This document shows positions 11,913 through 25,293 of a DNA stretch of 64,000 nucleotides, in pieces; within the stretch, counting starts at the first letter, position 1, and every line of letters starts with the position of its first letter. The notes under the pieces are model-generated. The model saw nothing but the letters and a program-made list of their open reading frames with translations, made no database searches and was not told the origin of the DNA. The stretch is from Chrysomallon squamiferum (lineage: Eukaryota; Animalia; Mollusca). Where the stretch lies: contig CM022665.1 of NCBI GenBank assembly GCA_012295275.1, positions 23,808,001 to 23,872,000 of the forward strand. Direction: 5' to 3'. A program made the translations under genes and the position numbers.

Positions 11913-14900
11913 AATTAATTAATAATAATAAATAAATAAATAAATAAATAAAATAAGTAACAAGAATAATATTTTAATTTTTATAATTTTCCTTACCAGT
12001 TCCTGCTGAGAATCAGTCCTTGGTGATACTATATGTTGAGCATCCCTAAAATAAATGTTATAATTGTCTAAGTAACAATGTATTGATGTGAACTTGATAT
12101 ACAAGATATTGTGTATTAATAATATAAGATAAAAAAATAAACAATAACATCCCCACCAGAAATGATTTCATCCAAGAAATGAAAATACTTAAATAAACTG
12201 GAAGGAAAACAAAAACATAAAAAATTAAAAAGCAATAAATTAAAAAACACCATTCCTAGAGACGGTAATAAAAGCAACACCACGAAACTTTATTTTTTTA
12301 AATAAATTATGAACTGGGAAAGAAACATTCAGTTACTGCATGTGATCTGTAGAATGATCATTTTAATTTTTTAATTTATTTAGTAAAATGAGTTTTGAGT
12401 TCAATAATCCAACATTAATGCATTCAAACAACTTATAAATCATTTCTACATTTAGTAAAACAGATGTTATCTTACTGGATGTAGGCATTATCCGCATCAA
12501 TGTTATCAACACTAACATCAGTCATGCTTGCACTGAAAGAAAACAAACACATGCACAACAAGATGCACAAGATACCAACGATATCATTTTTAACTAGAAA
12601 AATAATGAACTAAATCAATAACAAAACAATAAAAATAGCATTAAAAAAAAAAGTATTTAAAAGAATAAAATATAATAACAGAATAATAATGTTAAAAAAA
12701 TGATAATAAAGATAGTAATAAATAACAATGTTAAAAATTATAATAAAAATATTAATAAATAACAAATAACATGAACAATACAACAGTCTTTACAAAACAT
12801 TCTAATTAGTTTCAAGTCATTCATTATTAAAGTAAAGAAACAACCATTTACTTTACAGGAAGGAATTTCTGTAGAAATGTCACTGACATTGATAAGCAAT
12901 CAAATATTTTAAGGTTGATACTGATAATGCTTACTTTCTATTGAAAATAAACAAGCTACAAATTATTTATATCATTCATCTTCTTCTTCTTCTTCTTCTT
13001 ATTAATAATTATGCAAACATTGTAATATGTAAGCTAGGTTTATCCCAAATATTCTTGAAATTAAAGTGTTCTGCTGGAATTTTCTACACTCAGATTTTTA
13101 ACTATGTATTTAAAACATGTAGAAATTGATCTATAAGAGAAATTTACTGCACTTATTTGCACCACTTGTCACTGAGGTGACAGTTGTAAATTTAAAAAAA
13201 ATGTATTTAGACAAGAATGTCATTTATTTATCTCTTGTTTCACAGTTATAAATCTTGTTTCCAACACATTCACCGCAAATTATATTTCAGTACTGAAGTC
13301 CATAATTATCAGAATCATTCTGTATTAAAAAAGGAAATCTTGGTATTTAATATATAATTCTGTATTTCAAGTTAAGAGGAACTTTATGACATATGGTGCT
13401 GTCAATAAAAATTCATGCAGCAAGAAAAATAAATTTTACCCAGATGCTTTGAAAAAAACAAAAAAACCCACCCCAAAAATGGAATACAAATACAACACAC
13501 ATGGAAATGCATGGCATGAGATGAACGATTATAATAAAACACACCCCCCACAAAAAAAACAAAAAAAAAAACAAGAACAATAAAACACTGTACAATAAAT
13601 TTTAATATCTAAATATCCAATTAAATCTTTTAAAATGTAATTTTTTTCTTCTTCTGAAATTTTATTTAAATTAGCTTTTACTTCATAAAGAACACAACCA
13701 TGCAAACATTTTTGCTAATATTATATAACAGTATAACTGTAGGCCCTAAAATGAACTACAATTAATCTAATCACATGCACACATCTGTTAACTTACTTCA
13801 AATTGCCTTTACTTGATTTGTAGAATTTCCTCTGCAGGTGAGCCATTCGACAGAAATATTTGGCGGTCTCTGTATCGTCCTAAAAATGTGATAAACATAG
13901 ATCACTTATCAATAAACTGGGCACATTATTCCAAGGAAAAAAATCTCAATTATTTTAATTGCTGTGTTAAATAATATGTTTTACTGAATTTGAAAACAAG
14001 ATAGTCATTAGATGTTATCTATATATATATAAATAAAATCATTGTAGTATACACTGTAAAATAATTTAAACACATCAAAAACTAGTCATAAAAATAAAAA
14101 ATAAATAAATAAAATAATAAATAAATAAATAATAAAAATAAAAATTACTACTGTACTAATAAAATAATACTACTAATAATAAAATTATTAATTAGAAATA
14201 TTTTTACTCAATCTGAATTCTGAAATACTTTTTAATGTGTCATATAAAGTAAAATTAATTTACATACCATCTGATACTGAACAGAACTCTTGGATGTGTC
14301 AATTTGTAACATTTTTTTATTTTGTGATAAATGTGCTATTTCACTCCATCTGGAAGTTACAAAAGAGTTATAATGAAATATGCATGTTTAATACTACATA
14401 AACACTTAATAAATGTTGTTTCAGTAATTGATTAATAAGAGCACAAGAGAGAATACCCTGTGATCCTTCACCTGATGTTTTACATTATTTTGCATGCACA
14501 GGAATCTGACTACATCTGTCACTAACACAACAATGTGATTTGATACATCTGTTTCTGCATCCATACTATGCTATTTGAAATAACTATCTGGGTGTAATAT
14601 TGTGCAATTTGATACACCAGTTTGGTGTACTGGTTGGATATGAAAATAAGGCCAGTGGACACAAATATACCTCCTCAAGTAACAGCATCAATAACCCGAA
14701 TAAAATATCTTTAACTTCAGTTTTTATTAACAATTAACAAAAACCTTTAGAAAAAAATAATGTAAACCCGTTTTTTTCCCCCCCTATCCTATAAAACAGG
14801 ATATTTTGAAGAACATATAATTTTTTTTTTTTTTTTTCAAGACGAATTTATTCTGGGTTTTATAAGTTGTTAGTAAATATTTTCATAATTGCTCATCTGC

Positions 14901-16840
14901 CTTTAATATGTTCTATAACAAACAGTGTAATTCAATACATCATTAAAAGAAAATGGGACAACATATATATATGTATATGTATTAAAATGCACATCATACA
15001 AAAGCAACATACCTGACAAATGTGGCAGGCTGAACATCCAAATATCGAGCAAATATTCCAGTAAAAGATGATCCCAAATACAGTTCCTTTCCTCGATCAT
15101 CCTTAACAAAAAGGTATAAAAATATATATTAAAAATGTAGTGAGAAAAAGAAGTGGTTTGTTGGTAGACATCTGGAATACTGACCATTTTATTACACATT
15201 ATAACAGTGATATTTTACTAGATGTTTTGGACCTTTCTTTACTTTAGAAAATTAAAGATTTTCCTTTGGGTATTCTTTCCTTGCATATTCATGTTTATGT
15301 ATTTCAGTGTATGTTCAAAACACTATTAATATAATTAGTGCTGTGGCTGTATTTTTTAAAATTATTATAATACTTGTTACTGTAGCTGTATTTGTTAAAT
15401 TATAATATTAATGTTTGCTGTGTCTGTGTTTTAAAATTATAATACCATTCACGGTGTCTGTACTTGTAAAAGTATTCTAATACTGGTTACTGTGGCTGTG
15501 TTTATACAACTGTTGTAATACTAGTCATTGTGGCTGCATGTTTTAATTGAAACTTTATATGGTGAAAAAAAGTTATCATTTTTTATGCTTTTAAAACATA
15601 TATTATGACATTATTAACAATTTGTATTGTTCTGGAGGCCATTTTATTTAATGTCAATAGATGACTCACTTTTGCAGTGTAGTATTCCATTCCATAGCCA
15701 TCCATAAGTTGTACCTCCTTGATATATTGAATCTCAGCTTTGACTGGATGGCAGGTCTGCAAACTGGCATAAGCACTGATAACTTCAACCAGCAATTCCA
15801 TCTGGGTTGTTTCATTCTTTGTCATAGCCTACCAAAATGAAACAACAAATTATGATGAAATTTTGTTCCACATAATAAACGCAGTATAAATAAAATAATG
15901 TGAAATTATTCAGAATGAAAGTGAAGAAGATTCGTGATGAAACGATATTAAACTATCCATTTCACTGATCATAAATGTAAATCAAAATGTTTTTCGTTAG
16001 TGTTAAAAAAAAAATTATGACAGATAAAGTATCCATTTTATTGATTAGAAATGTAAAATAAAATGCTTTTTTATTACTGTTACAAGGAGAGTCGTTATAT
16101 TTATATATTTCTGTTGAGTATCATTAAAGATTCCTTTATTGAGTATAAGTAATTTTGTTACCTTTGGCAGAAGGACATAGTTTTCTCTGAAATATTCCAC
16201 TGTTTGTCTCTCCAAGTCATGATCACCACATTCAGCTGAAATAACACACACCAAATGTTAATAATTTTATATTAATATGTCCCTAATGCATTAGCGATAC
16301 TCCAAATACTATCTCTATTTTATATTGCTATACAAAATTTAACATTATCAGTGCTTATTAATAAGACATTAATTTCCCATAAGAAAAGCAGGAAAAATGA
16401 ATAAAGATAGAGATAAAGCTGTAGTCATTATTTCTGTAGATATTTCACACAGTGTGATATTAAACTGTCAGACCTTGGAGACTGTAAGCTGCTAGTCTGA
16501 TAGCCTGTTCCACTGTGACTGGAATTCGCCCATCAATAATATCGTTCTTTAACTGGAGGTAGTAGTGATACCTGGAGAAAAGGAACAATTAAAAAGTTAA
16601 TGTATTCTGGTTAAGGGATTAAAAAGAAACAACCATCAGTATCAAAAATAAATAATTTGTTTCCTGACAAAGACAAATAATTAACAAAAATAGTGAAAAA
16701 TATTTAAATTAATATTGTCTTGAAAAAAGCATTTAATGATTATATATATATATGTAATTGCAAATAACTGGTACATCTAATGAGTAATATCTACTCATAA
16801 AGAAAGTAAGACAATAAAATAAAGATATATGAAGGGTGAT

Positions 16841-16900
<60 letters not shown>

Positions 16901-19600
16901 TTTATCATTTTGCACACAGAAATGTGAAACAAAATCTTTGATAAAACAAAATATTGTATAATCATCATTATTTCCTTAGTATATAACTGAAAGGTACACA
17001 CATTAAAAACAATTTATAAATTTTCTATGTTCAGAAATACAAAAATTCTCACCTTGCATTTTCGTCAGGAATCTTGTGGGCTCCAAGCACATAGAACATG
17101 ACACCAAAGTAAAGACATGGTGGATGATGAGATGTCTCAGCATTTTTATCAAGCTGTTTTTTTAGTGGTTTATCAAGATCAACCCATTGAAACTGTAGTT
17201 TTTTTGTCACATAACGCAAGCCAAAGAAGTGGATCTGAAAGCAGAATAGACTAATAAATTATTTTTATTTAATGAATTTCCAAATATACATCTATACCTA
17301 CTGATCTATGTATATCTGTATCCATAGAGATATAGATATAAAATTACCCCAAAGAAGATGGCTACTATTGTATCCTTATTGTATTTAACACCAAGGGACC
17401 TTTGTATTATCAAGAAAGGATGTATCATGTTTTTTTTTAAAAACAGTCTTAGAGAACTGCTTGGAATGGGAAAGACGAGTGATCACATCAAAATGATTCA
17501 GTGATCAAAGTTTTATGTTCCCATAAAAAAATGCAAGTTTAATTTTATGACAATGTCACAAAATGGAAAAATAAATGTATGTTGTTAGTATCTATTTCAT
17601 CAATCCAAACAATTTTAAATTCAACATGCAAGCAGCAAAATTCACAAATGTAGATTATTTTACTTTTATTCTTTTTTTTTAAATAAATGGGTAAAATATA
17701 TATATATATATATATAACCTATACAATATGTTTTATTAAATGAATAATGTAATGTGATCAGAATTTAAATTAATGGTTGGTAAGAAAAAATGTAAAATTT
17801 GCTTTTTAGGCTTCTTTGTTGTTTTATACAAAATTAATATGTATGTTCTTCTTTTAAGTTATTTAATTTTTTTTTATAAACATGAAAAATATTTTACAGA
17901 GCATTAAATGTCCACCACTCAATGTTTTATTAGCCTCTATTTCCTTTCATTGCTTTTTAAATCTTTTATACTTTTTTGTTTTGTTTTTTTTTGCTAACTT
18001 AACAGGCCTTTAGTTTGTTTGGGGTTTTATTTTTAAAGTAGTTTCCTTATTTCCCTGGTTTATTCCTTTTCTTTTTTAACATAATTTGAATAAACCCAAA
18101 AAACATTTTGTTTCTTTTCTTTAACTTTTTGTTTCTTATTAACTTATCTGCAATTTAAAAAAGAAGAAAGAAAAAAAAATCAAACAAGCCATATTTCAAA
18201 AGTTTTCTTTGTTTGTTTTCTTTAATATACCACTGCATTGAATGTTTAAAAAAGAAAGTTGGGTTTTTTTTAGTTTTCTTTAAAATGTATTTTTTATTTT
18301 GTGTTTCCTATGAACTAGTAAATCAGGTTATTTGATCCCAGGTTTACGCACAAGTAGTTCTAACACATTATATTAAAAAAATAAAAAAATAAAAATAGAA
18401 ACTACCTTTAACAAATATAAAGATAAAAAAAAATATAAAAAAAAATTGACAAGTATTTATTATTATGCCTTCTATACTTGATATTCTAAGGACAATCCAA
18501 CATGAGTCATAGCTTTCTTCCTGTTGTTCAGAAGGTAATGGGTACATTTTTGTTATACAGCCAGGTTTCCAATTACTAAGGTGGTAATTACTAGCTTAAA
18601 GCCCAAGCAGGTAAAAAGGTCACCACTCAACATAAACAATAATAGCCAACTTTTGGACAATCTCTAACAAAACAACATTACCCTTGCCAATTAGATCAGT
18701 GATATCTTAGTTATTTGGCTACATGCACTGCCACAAAGACTTCAGATTGCAATGCAAACAATTTGAAGGGGATATTAGTGGATGAAAATAGCTTAGGTGT
18801 GGTACAAAGATGGATATGAAATAATACAACTGTTTGAAATGCTGTGTTTCAGTAAAGGTTTAAAATCTTGGGGGTATCTCTGTTCTTTTAGTTAAGTTGT
18901 AAATACAGTTATAGAATAGGAGAGAAATACCAAAAAATAACCAGTTAAAAATGATAATTAAAAAATATAAAAATGAATGAAAGGAAAATGCCTTTGATAA
19001 AATAAAAAATGTTTTAAGAAAGGTTTATTGTATTTAAAATAAATGAATTAGAAATTTTCAAGTATAATTTTTTCTTTGAAACAAAACAAAAACAAAATTA
19101 ATAATAATAATAATAAAATAAATAAGTGAATGAATTAAAAAAATGTATAGTTTAAAATACTAATACATACATATTGATTAATACTGTTAAGAAGTGTATA
19201 CAAGTGTACTGCTGTTTCACATGTTTGTGTTCTTACTCATTCAGCCAATCCCTTCAGTATTAACATATCTAAAATGAATTATTTAATACTGATCAATGTT
19301 AATATCAATCAGTGTTACCTAAAATCATATGCATATATGAAAACAATTTGTTTACAGCACACACACACACACAAAATTCATTTTAATTAACTATTTTATC
19401 TATTTTAGCACAATAACTATACTTACATCAGTGATTTCACTTCTTTGAGCTATGCTTTCCAGACATTCCTGTCCTGTACTTTCTGAGGTAAGTGTACATT
19501 CCAGAAAGTTATTATCCAATAAATATACACCAACAATGAATGAGTTCTTTGAAGAAATTTCGTATCTCCGAGTCCTCTTTAATCGCCACTTGAAGGGCAT
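3629..19600 (-). CDS. PTPN14: FERM-domain protein tyrosine phosphatase, PTPN14/PTPN21 (Pez) orthologue; 19 coding exons, about 1186 aa
   Basis: Exons (high-low): 19600-19427, 17234-17053, 16571-16474, 16235-16162, 15828-15670, 15101-15013, 14349-14268, 13879-13797, 12532-12476, 12045-11997, 11668-11617, 11411-9937, 9325-9203, 8994-8776, 8526-8398, 7783-7715, 4592-4433, 4227-4070, 3757-3629. All junctions are GT-AG with consistent phases; the sum is 3561 nt. N-terminus [25 protein letters not shown] motifs ([28 protein letters not shown]), PPxY linker motifs, and PTP motifs [45 protein letters not shown]; ends KNTRLI*. Probably co-orthologous to vertebrate PTPN14 and PTPN21. Confidence 0.93.
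4892..6556 (-). CDS. Intronless ORF-B (about 554 aa from the ATG at 6556) of the intronic insert; HUH-like motif, loosely resembling a parvoviral NS1 N-terminus, with an acidic unknown C-terminus
   Basis: ORF track 4892..6559 (TTG start; first ATG at 6556; strong-context AAAATGG at 6535). SHLHVIV is encoded near 6047-6067. No Walker A motif seen. Confidence 0.55.
   Translation of the reverse strand: MKIHLVKMENLELEKRITMNLSDLMHKKYYHLRVNLKQDLQKNTCVSSNVFSPVCFQPKKIVIMPGMTVTTIPSVETTMELMTEEEQSYHIVSQWGCQEEIMDLLSRDSQKVLEVMLNFINIQDQQMLSYQGQQVKAVARKMILFLHQVPYQERPNIEDCPQLSHLHVIVTPVTNPLDTAYLMEVNVDYTILVDNLQPYPVETQLSLVSALTLFLVFLKSHQDTFLFLGTNNLHHLTVWNHVSKNQRELKKIKKLQEAMHSQFLLSTLGPTLKPVTLYVKEKLRQKEKMNQKENLSEYLEEVKPISPPKTPEKQKKKISSEESSVIFFKEISENLMKKYPAANKLLKEQPIVSSVEILKYPIAEIVAFSSKENMNHHLTISDIHLNRSWNDGKMDWLNPTHFWAEGCRSERIEQDDEYSERGRDEDEAYKRYTDEQKKITYWDFPDCDKVPMHEKGELTTVPPMIAIEDGDVDDIIDEFKEMMVYKNELFITIKELEARARCAQYQMYEIKVILKCNNPSFYCEDWGDMLGFILEGEKEMKDIDRNKIEKNSWI
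5412..6590 (-). CDS. Intronless ORF-A (392 aa), overprinted on ORF-B; Ser/Thr/Arg-rich and probably disordered, with TQT motifs and a C-terminal CxxC-x7-CxxC
   Basis: ATG at 6590 lies about 55 nt downstream of a TATA box. 1179 nt are open in AT-rich DNA. Motifs TNTQTG, RETQTE, GSQTN and [16 protein letters not shown]. Confidence 0.55.
   Translation of the reverse strand: MAVEFTDLVIIDEDTSSQNGKLGTRKKDYYESIRSDAQEILSSPSQPKARSAEEYLCEQQRILTSLLSTQENSNHARYDCNHHSISRDNNGTDDRRRTELSHSKSMGMSRRNHGSTVERLTKSPGGNVKFHQYTGPTNVVVSRTASESSSKKNDIVSTSSAVSREAKHRRLPPTITSSCNRYSSNKSTGHSISNGSQRGLYNFSGQSTTISSGNTIVTGICTDTIPSVSEKSPRHISILGNKQSTSSNCMESCFKEPERIKKNQETSRSNAQPVSTIDTWTNTQTGYFVCERETQTEREDEPKRKLVRISRGSQTNFTTQDTRETEKENILRGEFCDFLQRNFRELNEKISSSQQIIKGTTNCLFCGNIEIPHCRDCCIQLKRKHESSFNHQ
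6644..6653 (-). promoter_or_regulatory. TATA box candidate for the nested ORF-A/ORF-B unit
   Basis: The minus strand reads TATATAAAAA, about 55 nt upstream of the ATG at 6590. The AT-rich background makes chance matches likely. Confidence 0.35.
7011..7070 (+). repeat. Short imperfect tandem repeat (about 15-16 nt, tctccaattaatat) at the start of the decayed ORF
   Basis: tatctccaattaatattc / tgtccaattaatat / atctccaataaatattc. Confidence 0.5.
7092..7684 (+). pseudogene. Decayed divergent ORF of the intronic insert (unknown protein)
   Basis: The open frame 7229-7684 ([25 protein letters not shown]...ELDLNRW) can be joined to [31 protein letters not shown] (7141-7233) and [12 protein letters not shown] (7092-7127) by assuming frameshifts and a stop. 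Confidence 0.4.
8045..8068. repeat. (AC)n microsatellite
   Basis: Direct reading. Confidence 0.9.
15337..15545. repeat. Degenerate minisatellite, unit about 36-40 nt, about 6 copies
   Basis: Recurring ctgtggctgt(a/g)ttt...aaattataatac(t) units in a PTPN14/21 intron. Confidence 0.65.
16839..16898. repeat. (TA)n / (ATATCT)n microsatellite
   Basis: Direct reading. Confidence 0.9.
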
Positions 19601-22095
19601 TTTGTCCAAGTGCGTTTAAAACATAGCAGAACAAGGACAGTTCCTAATAAACATAGCTTCAGCATGTCACTGTACTAGAAAAAAAGAGAAAAAACGAAAT
19701 ATAAATAACATTACTTTTTTAAGCAGAGCATATGGGGATTAAGAAAAACCACTTGATGTAAGCCATCACTCTTTTTTGCCAAAAGTTGTCTTTTTTTGTT
19801 TTTTAATTTTACAGTCAAAGTGATTTATTCTTGAAAGTTGTATTCCACTACAGTAATGTGTTTTCAGAAATCCAGGATGTATCTTTGCATGTAGAACATT
19901 TTGTGCTTAAATCAGAGTAAAATGGAAGGACAGTCACGTTAGTCATCAGCTAATTATGGAGACGGTTCATTTAAAAATAATTTGAATTTCAAAAGGAGTG
20001 ATTCTTAATAAAAAAATAAAAAAATATATATATAAATAAATAAAATGTAGTAATTTTAAAATTTTATTATTGAATCTATCAAATAGGAAAATATATTCAG
20101 ATTGAATGATTAAATTAAATTTTAATGACAACACAAACGGTAATCTGTAAATCAAAATTTCTCCAGTCCACATTTAATCTACAAGTATCATTTTCAAATT
20201 ATTATGTTTTAGTTACTGTTGAATAATTCATTATAAAAACAACATTCCAAGGAATGAATGTGTAATTAGTTTTAATTTACATATTCATAACAGTAAACCA
20301 CTTGACTCTCGGTCTGCATTAACTATGAACAACAAGAAAACATTACCTTCTGAAACAGTAGACAAACTGATATTAAACAGATATAAAAAACAAATGAAAC
20401 ATTATTCCCAAAGTCATAAAAAAAATGTAAACTAGGAAAATATCTGCTGTTTGTTACAAATCTGTTATTATTTTTAATATTATTATTTTTGTTTTTCATA
20501 AATATATCAAACTATAACAATAAGAAACAAGGTTATGAGGATGCAGTGACACTGACATTTTCACTGTTATTATCATACTTTACTGTCATTAACATACCTC
20601 AATACCATAAAAATAAAATGCCAGAAACACACAGTTGCTTGAAAGTATACAGAATGCATTTAGGTTTGTAGGTTTTTTTCTATTAGTACTACTACAGGTG
20701 ACCTTTAACATCCACAAGCACTCTTTCACAGTGTAATCAACAGAAGATAAGAAAAACACATGATTTCACAGGAACCAACCTTTCAGTTTCATGTACATCC
20801 TATAATATGATAATAATTAGCAGTTACGCCTAATTTGGATTTAAACAACAATAACAGGATAAAACCATACAAAAGTTTTACAAATGTTAATAAATTTGTT
20901 CTTCAGAACTGCTAATCAAAACATATTGATCTGTCCACCCATGGCCTTTAAACAAACAATTTTATTTCTGTTTAATGTATTCACAGCAGAGACATTACAC
21001 ATGATGTTGACACAATGAATTTCTATTGATTCAAGCTTGTTACTCACCTGCACATTTCCACATGTTAAATGTACTGTTTGAACAAGAATGATAATTCAAA
21101 AATATTCATGTCATGCTTAAATTATCATTTAACAAATTGGGATACCTGCTGACAGTGAATGATGCAACAAAAAAACAACGATGAAAGAAAAATAAAAGAA
21201 ACTGAAAAAGAAAATAGTAAGAAAAGGAATTATGAAAATGTAGACCTCTGCTGTTATAATAAACTCCAACATGCAAAGACACAAACACACACTAAATATA
21301 TATATATATATACAGAAATGAAAAAACAATCTGTTGTACAGTTGAAAAATACAATAAAATTATGTAGATATAAACATTGTATAGCTCAGTTTCAAAATGA
21401 TAAGTAGCTGAAGCATTAGATTTTATGGTTAGGATTTGTTTTCACTGTTTAACAGGAAATAAAAGTAAATATTTTGATTTATGTAGTCATGCTGATTGTG
21501 GTTATTTTAATATAAATATAGAAATATAAACACCCATATCAGACTACTGTTGTTACAAAAGTTGTATAGAAAATACAAGTGTCATTTTTGAATGTACGTT
21601 TACATACAGGTATGATGAAATCAGTGAAATAATATAAAGGCATGAAAAAGAATATCTTAAAATAAATGGACTAAAATATGTGAAAAACACAACAACAAAA
21701 AAACTACACTTATTATTGGAAATGTTTTATATTTTAATGTTGGCTTTTTTTTTTTTATACAGATTTTATTATGATGATGATTAGTATTATTATTTTTTTA
21801 AATATGATATCACAATAATATGCTATTGCAGTTTAAATTTTAAAGACAAACACATTTTGTTGTGTTTAGGGGCACAAATAAAATATTTTAAATTCACAAA
21901 TCATTTATACACCTTTCATTTCAGTTTTAAATGGATAGACAAATATTAGCATCAATGAAAAACTATTTAATTTAAGGACTTTTTAATTCACACAATTTTA
22001 ACAATAGAAAAACCAACTAAAACAGTATTAAAATAACCCTTTTGGTAAATTTATGTTACTGTTCTATTAGAAATGCAAATTCATTTAGATGAATA

Positions 22096-22815
22096 CAGTG
22101 GTACCTTGACTTATGGGTTTAATTCATTCCATGGCTGAGCTCACAACTCAATTTGCTCATATATCAAATCAATTTTCTCAAATGAAATTAAATGAAATAC
22201 CATTAATCTGCTCCAGCCCCCCAAAAATCACCCCAATTTTTTTAACATGTTTTTAAATAAGAAAAATCTTTAAAATGTATGTAGAAATGACAAATAAAAG
22301 ATAATGTAATGAAATAACTTGGTTTTGTAAAATGTACAGGGTTAGGGTTTCTCCATCTTTTCATGGACAGAGGTCCGTACCTTAGAAACTATTTTAATGC
22401 CTTTGGCTGGAGATATAACCTTTATCGACTCCTTCTGCTTCAGTATCATACATATTGCAAAAATATTACACTTGTACTGCCTAGCCATGTTGACTACATG
22501 CACACCTCACTCATGTTTTTGTATTATTTCATGCTTTAATTCAATGGACATCATATACTTCTTCTTCTCAGCACAGTCTTTTGCACTCACTTTCTTAGAA
22601 TCCATGGATATTTTGCAAAACACAACAGAGATGCTTCCATGGCCAGGTAACCATGTGAAGCAAACAAGTGAGACATGCCATGCTGGGCGGATGTTATGGT
22701 GTTCATTGCGCCAACTAGCGGCAGCATATCTGAAGCTTGTTTATAACTTGGATTTTGGCTCGCAACTCCAACAAAAAATCGATGGGGTGACTGCTAGTAA
22801 CTCGAGGTACTACTG
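22096..22815 (-). mobile_element. Internally deleted Tigger/pogo-type (Tc1/mariner superfamily) DNA transposon
   Basis: Left TIR CAGTGGTACCTTGACTTA vs reverse complement of the right end CAGTAGTACCTCGAGTTA (15/18 identical). TA precedes the left end; CA follows the right end (mutated TA target duplication). Minus strand 22605 to about 22345 reads MDSKKVSAKDCAEKKKYMMSIELKHEIIQKHE*GVHVVNMARQYKCNIFAICMILKQKESIKVISPAKGIKIVSKVRTSVHEKMEK, a TIGD1-like HTH N-terminus with an internal stop and no DDE domain. Confidence 0.85.
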
Positions 22816-25293
22816 CATTTGATTTTTCTTTCTTTCGTTCTTAAAAAAAAAAGAAAAAAGAAGGCAAAAACCTGAAACAAAAAATAACCCACAATGCTGA
22901 ATCTGAGTTAAATTTTTGTGTGACCTACTGGTATTATGCCTCTGAGCTAAGACTCATTCTAAAACATCCAGCACTTTCAACATAAAGACTATAAATGAGA
23001 CACAAATGATGTTATCTTTAGAACAGCATTATACTATAGGCTACATCAGTTTTCCTGAATTTTTGGTTCCTAAACCTTTCAGTGTTGTCATTTTTTTCTT
23101 GGCTAGGAGTAACATAATAATTTAATAAATAATACTTCTCACTCTGAGCAGCTAAATGTGCATCTCCTGTTTAGAGCATCATGCACTACTACTAATTAAA
23201 AAATATTAAATATAAATTAAATGATTTTAAATGCCTGGTGCTAATTTTATCCAGTTTAAAAGAGGTTCCAAAACCACCTGTATCTGAATAATCAATTGTA
23301 ATGTTGTACAAATCACATTTCTGTTGGAGAGGCAAGCCATAGATATACACTGTCAATGTGAAAGTATGAAACATAATTCGTTTCCTGTTTCAATCATGTT
23401 CACTGCACCCTTGGATTACTGAACATTCCGCTGGTTGAGTTTATCACAGAATGAGTTTATCACAGTTTATTTGCTTTTTTTGTCATTGTTAATTAATAAG
23501 AACAGTACATGGAGTGTAATCCGTTATCGACAGAACAAAAATCACTTGACACTTAATAACGATTAAGATACGCTGACATCTTGTTAATGAAAATAAATGC
23601 TCCAATGAATTTTAAAATTTTACAACATATACCCAAATGTACATGGATAATGTATTCAAGTTATTAAATAATGATTTTCATTTGAAACAGTTGTATAAAT
23701 TACATAACATTTTTCAGATACTTATGATTCTAAAACATGACAGCATTAGCTAAAACCAAGAGTATAAATTGTTGTAATTTAAAACAAAGCTGAACAAAGC
23801 ACTGTAGAACAAAATATTGACCACAATACATAAAGAAAGAAAACTATTTTATAATAGCCTGATTGGTTTTTATTCTCCTTAATAAGTTTAATAATAAAAG
23901 CAGAAATTTAATCAATTTTAATATACACAACAGTTTATGGTGCTATTTGAAATATAAATGAAATTTATCATTAAATATATACATACATATAAAATTTTAA
24001 CACATCACTGAAACAGATCATGAAATTTCAAAGAAAATATATTTATAGTTCAGAATAAATAAATGAGTGTACATAATTTTCTACATCCAGACTATGAAAA
24101 AGAAATTAATGGTGACAAAGACAGAGGCATGTTACGTTATATTAAAACAAATTATATTAAATATTTAATTTTTAAAGTCCAATCAGTGATTTTTTTCTGA
24201 ATAAATTACTGTAGTGCTGTGTTAATTAATATTTTAATGATCACTGATAAGCTGATTACAAAATCTAAAGAACAAAAAGAGAAAGAAGAAAGTATAAAAG
24301 ATAACTAATAAATGGCCAAAAAATAAAATCATGTAATTGCTAACAACTTTAAATAATCATATAAAATTTTAATATACCCTATCTTTCAAAGTCCATAATT
24401 AATTTAAATTTTGAATATATATATATATATGAAAATTAATTCACAGACAAAAAAATATATTATAACTTATTTTTATATCGAAATTGGTTTCTTCATAAAT
24501 GGTTCTGTAGCAGTGATTAATGTATTGTCTTAGAATGTGAAGGCCTCAGGACAAATTATACAGTGGACTATTTCTTTTTTTTCCAAATTGTAATGTCATA
24601 TATATTTCATTGCATATCGCCATATGTATCAGAATCAGCTGCAGAATTATTAGATGATCTAAAAACAATGTGCATAAAGACAAATTTAGTTTTATTAAGA
24701 TTATATTGATAAATGTAAAATACTCAATATTATGAAACAATTTAAATACTTTCAAATTTGTATCTCAATCAAATGAAACTTTAAAATGATTTAACTGATC
24801 TTGGAACCTGTGGAATAAAAGCTAAATGTGTACACCGTATAAGTAGTACTACTGGTTAACTATGACAAGCATAATATTGATTAAATTTAAAGCTTCTAAA
24901 CGTGTGTACATTCTTAAATTAAATACATTTTATGTGGATGACACTGTCATAAACTGATAAACAATACATATATTTTCTTAAGTCAGTTGATTGTAATACT
25001 GAAAACATTTATTAATACAAAATTGACATTAAAGTTTTTTGTGTTATTTTTTTTGTTTTTTGCACCTCTTTTTTTTTAAATTAACTGGTATTTACACTAT
25101 TAAATCTATTTTAGTCATTGCGATACACACACCCATTAAAAAAAAAAAAATTCATAGAATGATAGACAAAAAAATAAATGAAAAAAAAAAAAGAAAGAAA
25201 AAAAAAGCCCCTTAAATTAAAATCAAAAATAAATTACATTATTTAAATGAGCTTCCTAATGTATTTCGCTAAAACATATTTTAATAAACTTAC

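Noticed and set aside
13813-13879. Donor at 13812 (A|GTAAAG) for PTPN14/21 coding exon 8
   Set aside because: It gives phase 1 and an immediate stop in the next exon; the GTAAGT donor at 13796 restores the frame.
22397-22822. 141-aa plus-strand ORF
   Set aside because: Antisense to the Tigger transposase remnant.
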